From Chiloscyllium plagiosum (taxonomy: Eukaryota): a stretch of 64,000 nt of DNA. This document shows positions 62,731-64,000 of the stretch, one piece after another. A model generated the notes under the pieces. The model did no database searches. It saw only the letters and a list, made by a program, of their open reading frames with translations, and was not told the origin of the DNA. A program made the translations under genes and the position numbers. How positions within the stretch are numbered: position 1 is the stretch's first letter; the number at the start of each line of letters is the position of its first letter. Location: NCBI RefSeq assembly GCF_004010195.1, contig NC_057759.1:5052657-5116656 (forward strand), read 5' to 3'.

Positions 62731-63454
62731 CAGTTATCAATTGGACCCTGCCAGTCTTTGCAGTGTGAGTATGGAAATATATTGACCATATAATGAATGT
62801 TACAGTTTGATAACTATACCCACACATTCTCCAAGCAGGAACTGACAGGTATAGATCAATACCTAAACTCACATATCCACACACCCACTTGCATCATGTA
62901 GGCCCCATTTATGGAGCTGTATGGGTGTTGTTTTGTTTCTGGATCTTATTCCTTTGGGCTGAGAATTTTAATAAAAGAGTGGACAAGGAGCAGCTCAGGA
63001 CAGGAGTGGAATCAGACCCGTGGTTCTGTTTAAATTGCTGGCTTTAAATAAAAAAAACCTTAATGATGAGGAATTGAATGTTACATTGATGTTGCCAATC
63101 ACAACTGATGTTGATTTACAGGAGGTATCTCCTCTGTCTTCCTCCAGGCAAGTACTCAAAGGACCAAGATAATGTAATATTCCCATGGTACAGAGTCAAG
63201 TGTGACCAGCTGCTTCGAACAAACAGCAGGTATGTTACTGCTGTCAGAGCGAAGAACATCCTTTCCACAGTCACAGAGTGAATTGAGTCAGGTTCACATT
63301 GAGTTCCATTTCCAGAGAGATTATGTTCAAACCAAGAGTCAAACACCACCGAGGAAACGGAAGTTTATATTTTTAAATTTATATTCTCAATGCATCCTAC
63401 CCAGTTTCAATCAACTTGAATGAATCCTCACCCAAAATATACACTGTATTAAAA

Positions 63455-64000
63455 TCTGAACATCGAGCAGTACAGGACAGGAAAGGTTTCCTTCAACCCA
63501 CGATGTTGTACCGAACATGCCGCCAAAATGCAAGTAATCTCTTCTGCCTTCCCTTGGTCCATAACCCTCCATTTCTTGCACATTCATTTGTTTACCTAAA
63601 AGTCCTTACAATACCATTATCATATCTACCCCCATCTCCACCTCTGGCAGTGTGTTCCACTGCTACCTCTCTCTTTGTTTAAAAATAAAACTGCCCCTTA
63701 TGTCTCATAGAGTCGTACAGCATGGAAACAGACCCTTTGGTCCAACCCGTCCAGATATCCCAACCCAATCTACTCCCACCTGCCAGCACCTGGCCCATAT
63801 CCCTCCAAACCCTTCCTATTCATGTGCCCATCCAAATGCCTCTTAAATGTTGTAATTGTACCAGCCTCCACCACTTCCACTGGCAGCTCATTCCATACAC
63901 GTACCATCCTTTGTGTGAAAACATTGTCCCTTAGATCTCTTTTAAATCTTTCCCTTCTCACTCTAAACCTATGCCTTCTAGTTCTGGACACCCCGACCCC
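63455..64000 (-). mobile_element. Two CR1/HER1 3' ends
   Basis: Tail sequences and QRMVRVWNELP on the minus strand. Confidence 0.88.

Overview
Repeat-rich vertebrate genomic DNA, very likely from a cartilaginous fish (HE1-type SINEs and HER1/CR1 LINEs throughout), with two assembly gaps (19596-20334, 41774-42273). The only intact recognisable genes are three replication-dependent histone genes, H4(+), H2A(-) and H2B(-), at 8.6-12.8 kb, each with a TATA box and a 3' stem-loop. Much of the first 42 kb is a locally duplicated unit. The region 31.8-40.76 kb is an inverted paralog of about 1.2-17.1 kb that lacks exactly the 4.65-kb histone module. A GC-rich promoter/first-exon-like cassette that lies head-to-head with H4 recurs four times almost unchanged. 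The rest consists of CR1/HER1 LINE pieces, HE1 SINEs, Gmr1-like Gypsy remnants, three solo LTRs, a degenerate ~49-bp satellite, and many Penelope-like elements. Short fold-back Penelope derivatives have 10-15 bp target duplications, and three families of minimal hammerhead ribozyme motifs occur, two with compensatory changes between copies. Three phase-compatible small exons at 43-50 kb may encode a receptor cytoplasmic tail with an ITIM-like motif. All alignments were done by eye, so repeat boundaries are approximate unless stated otherwise.
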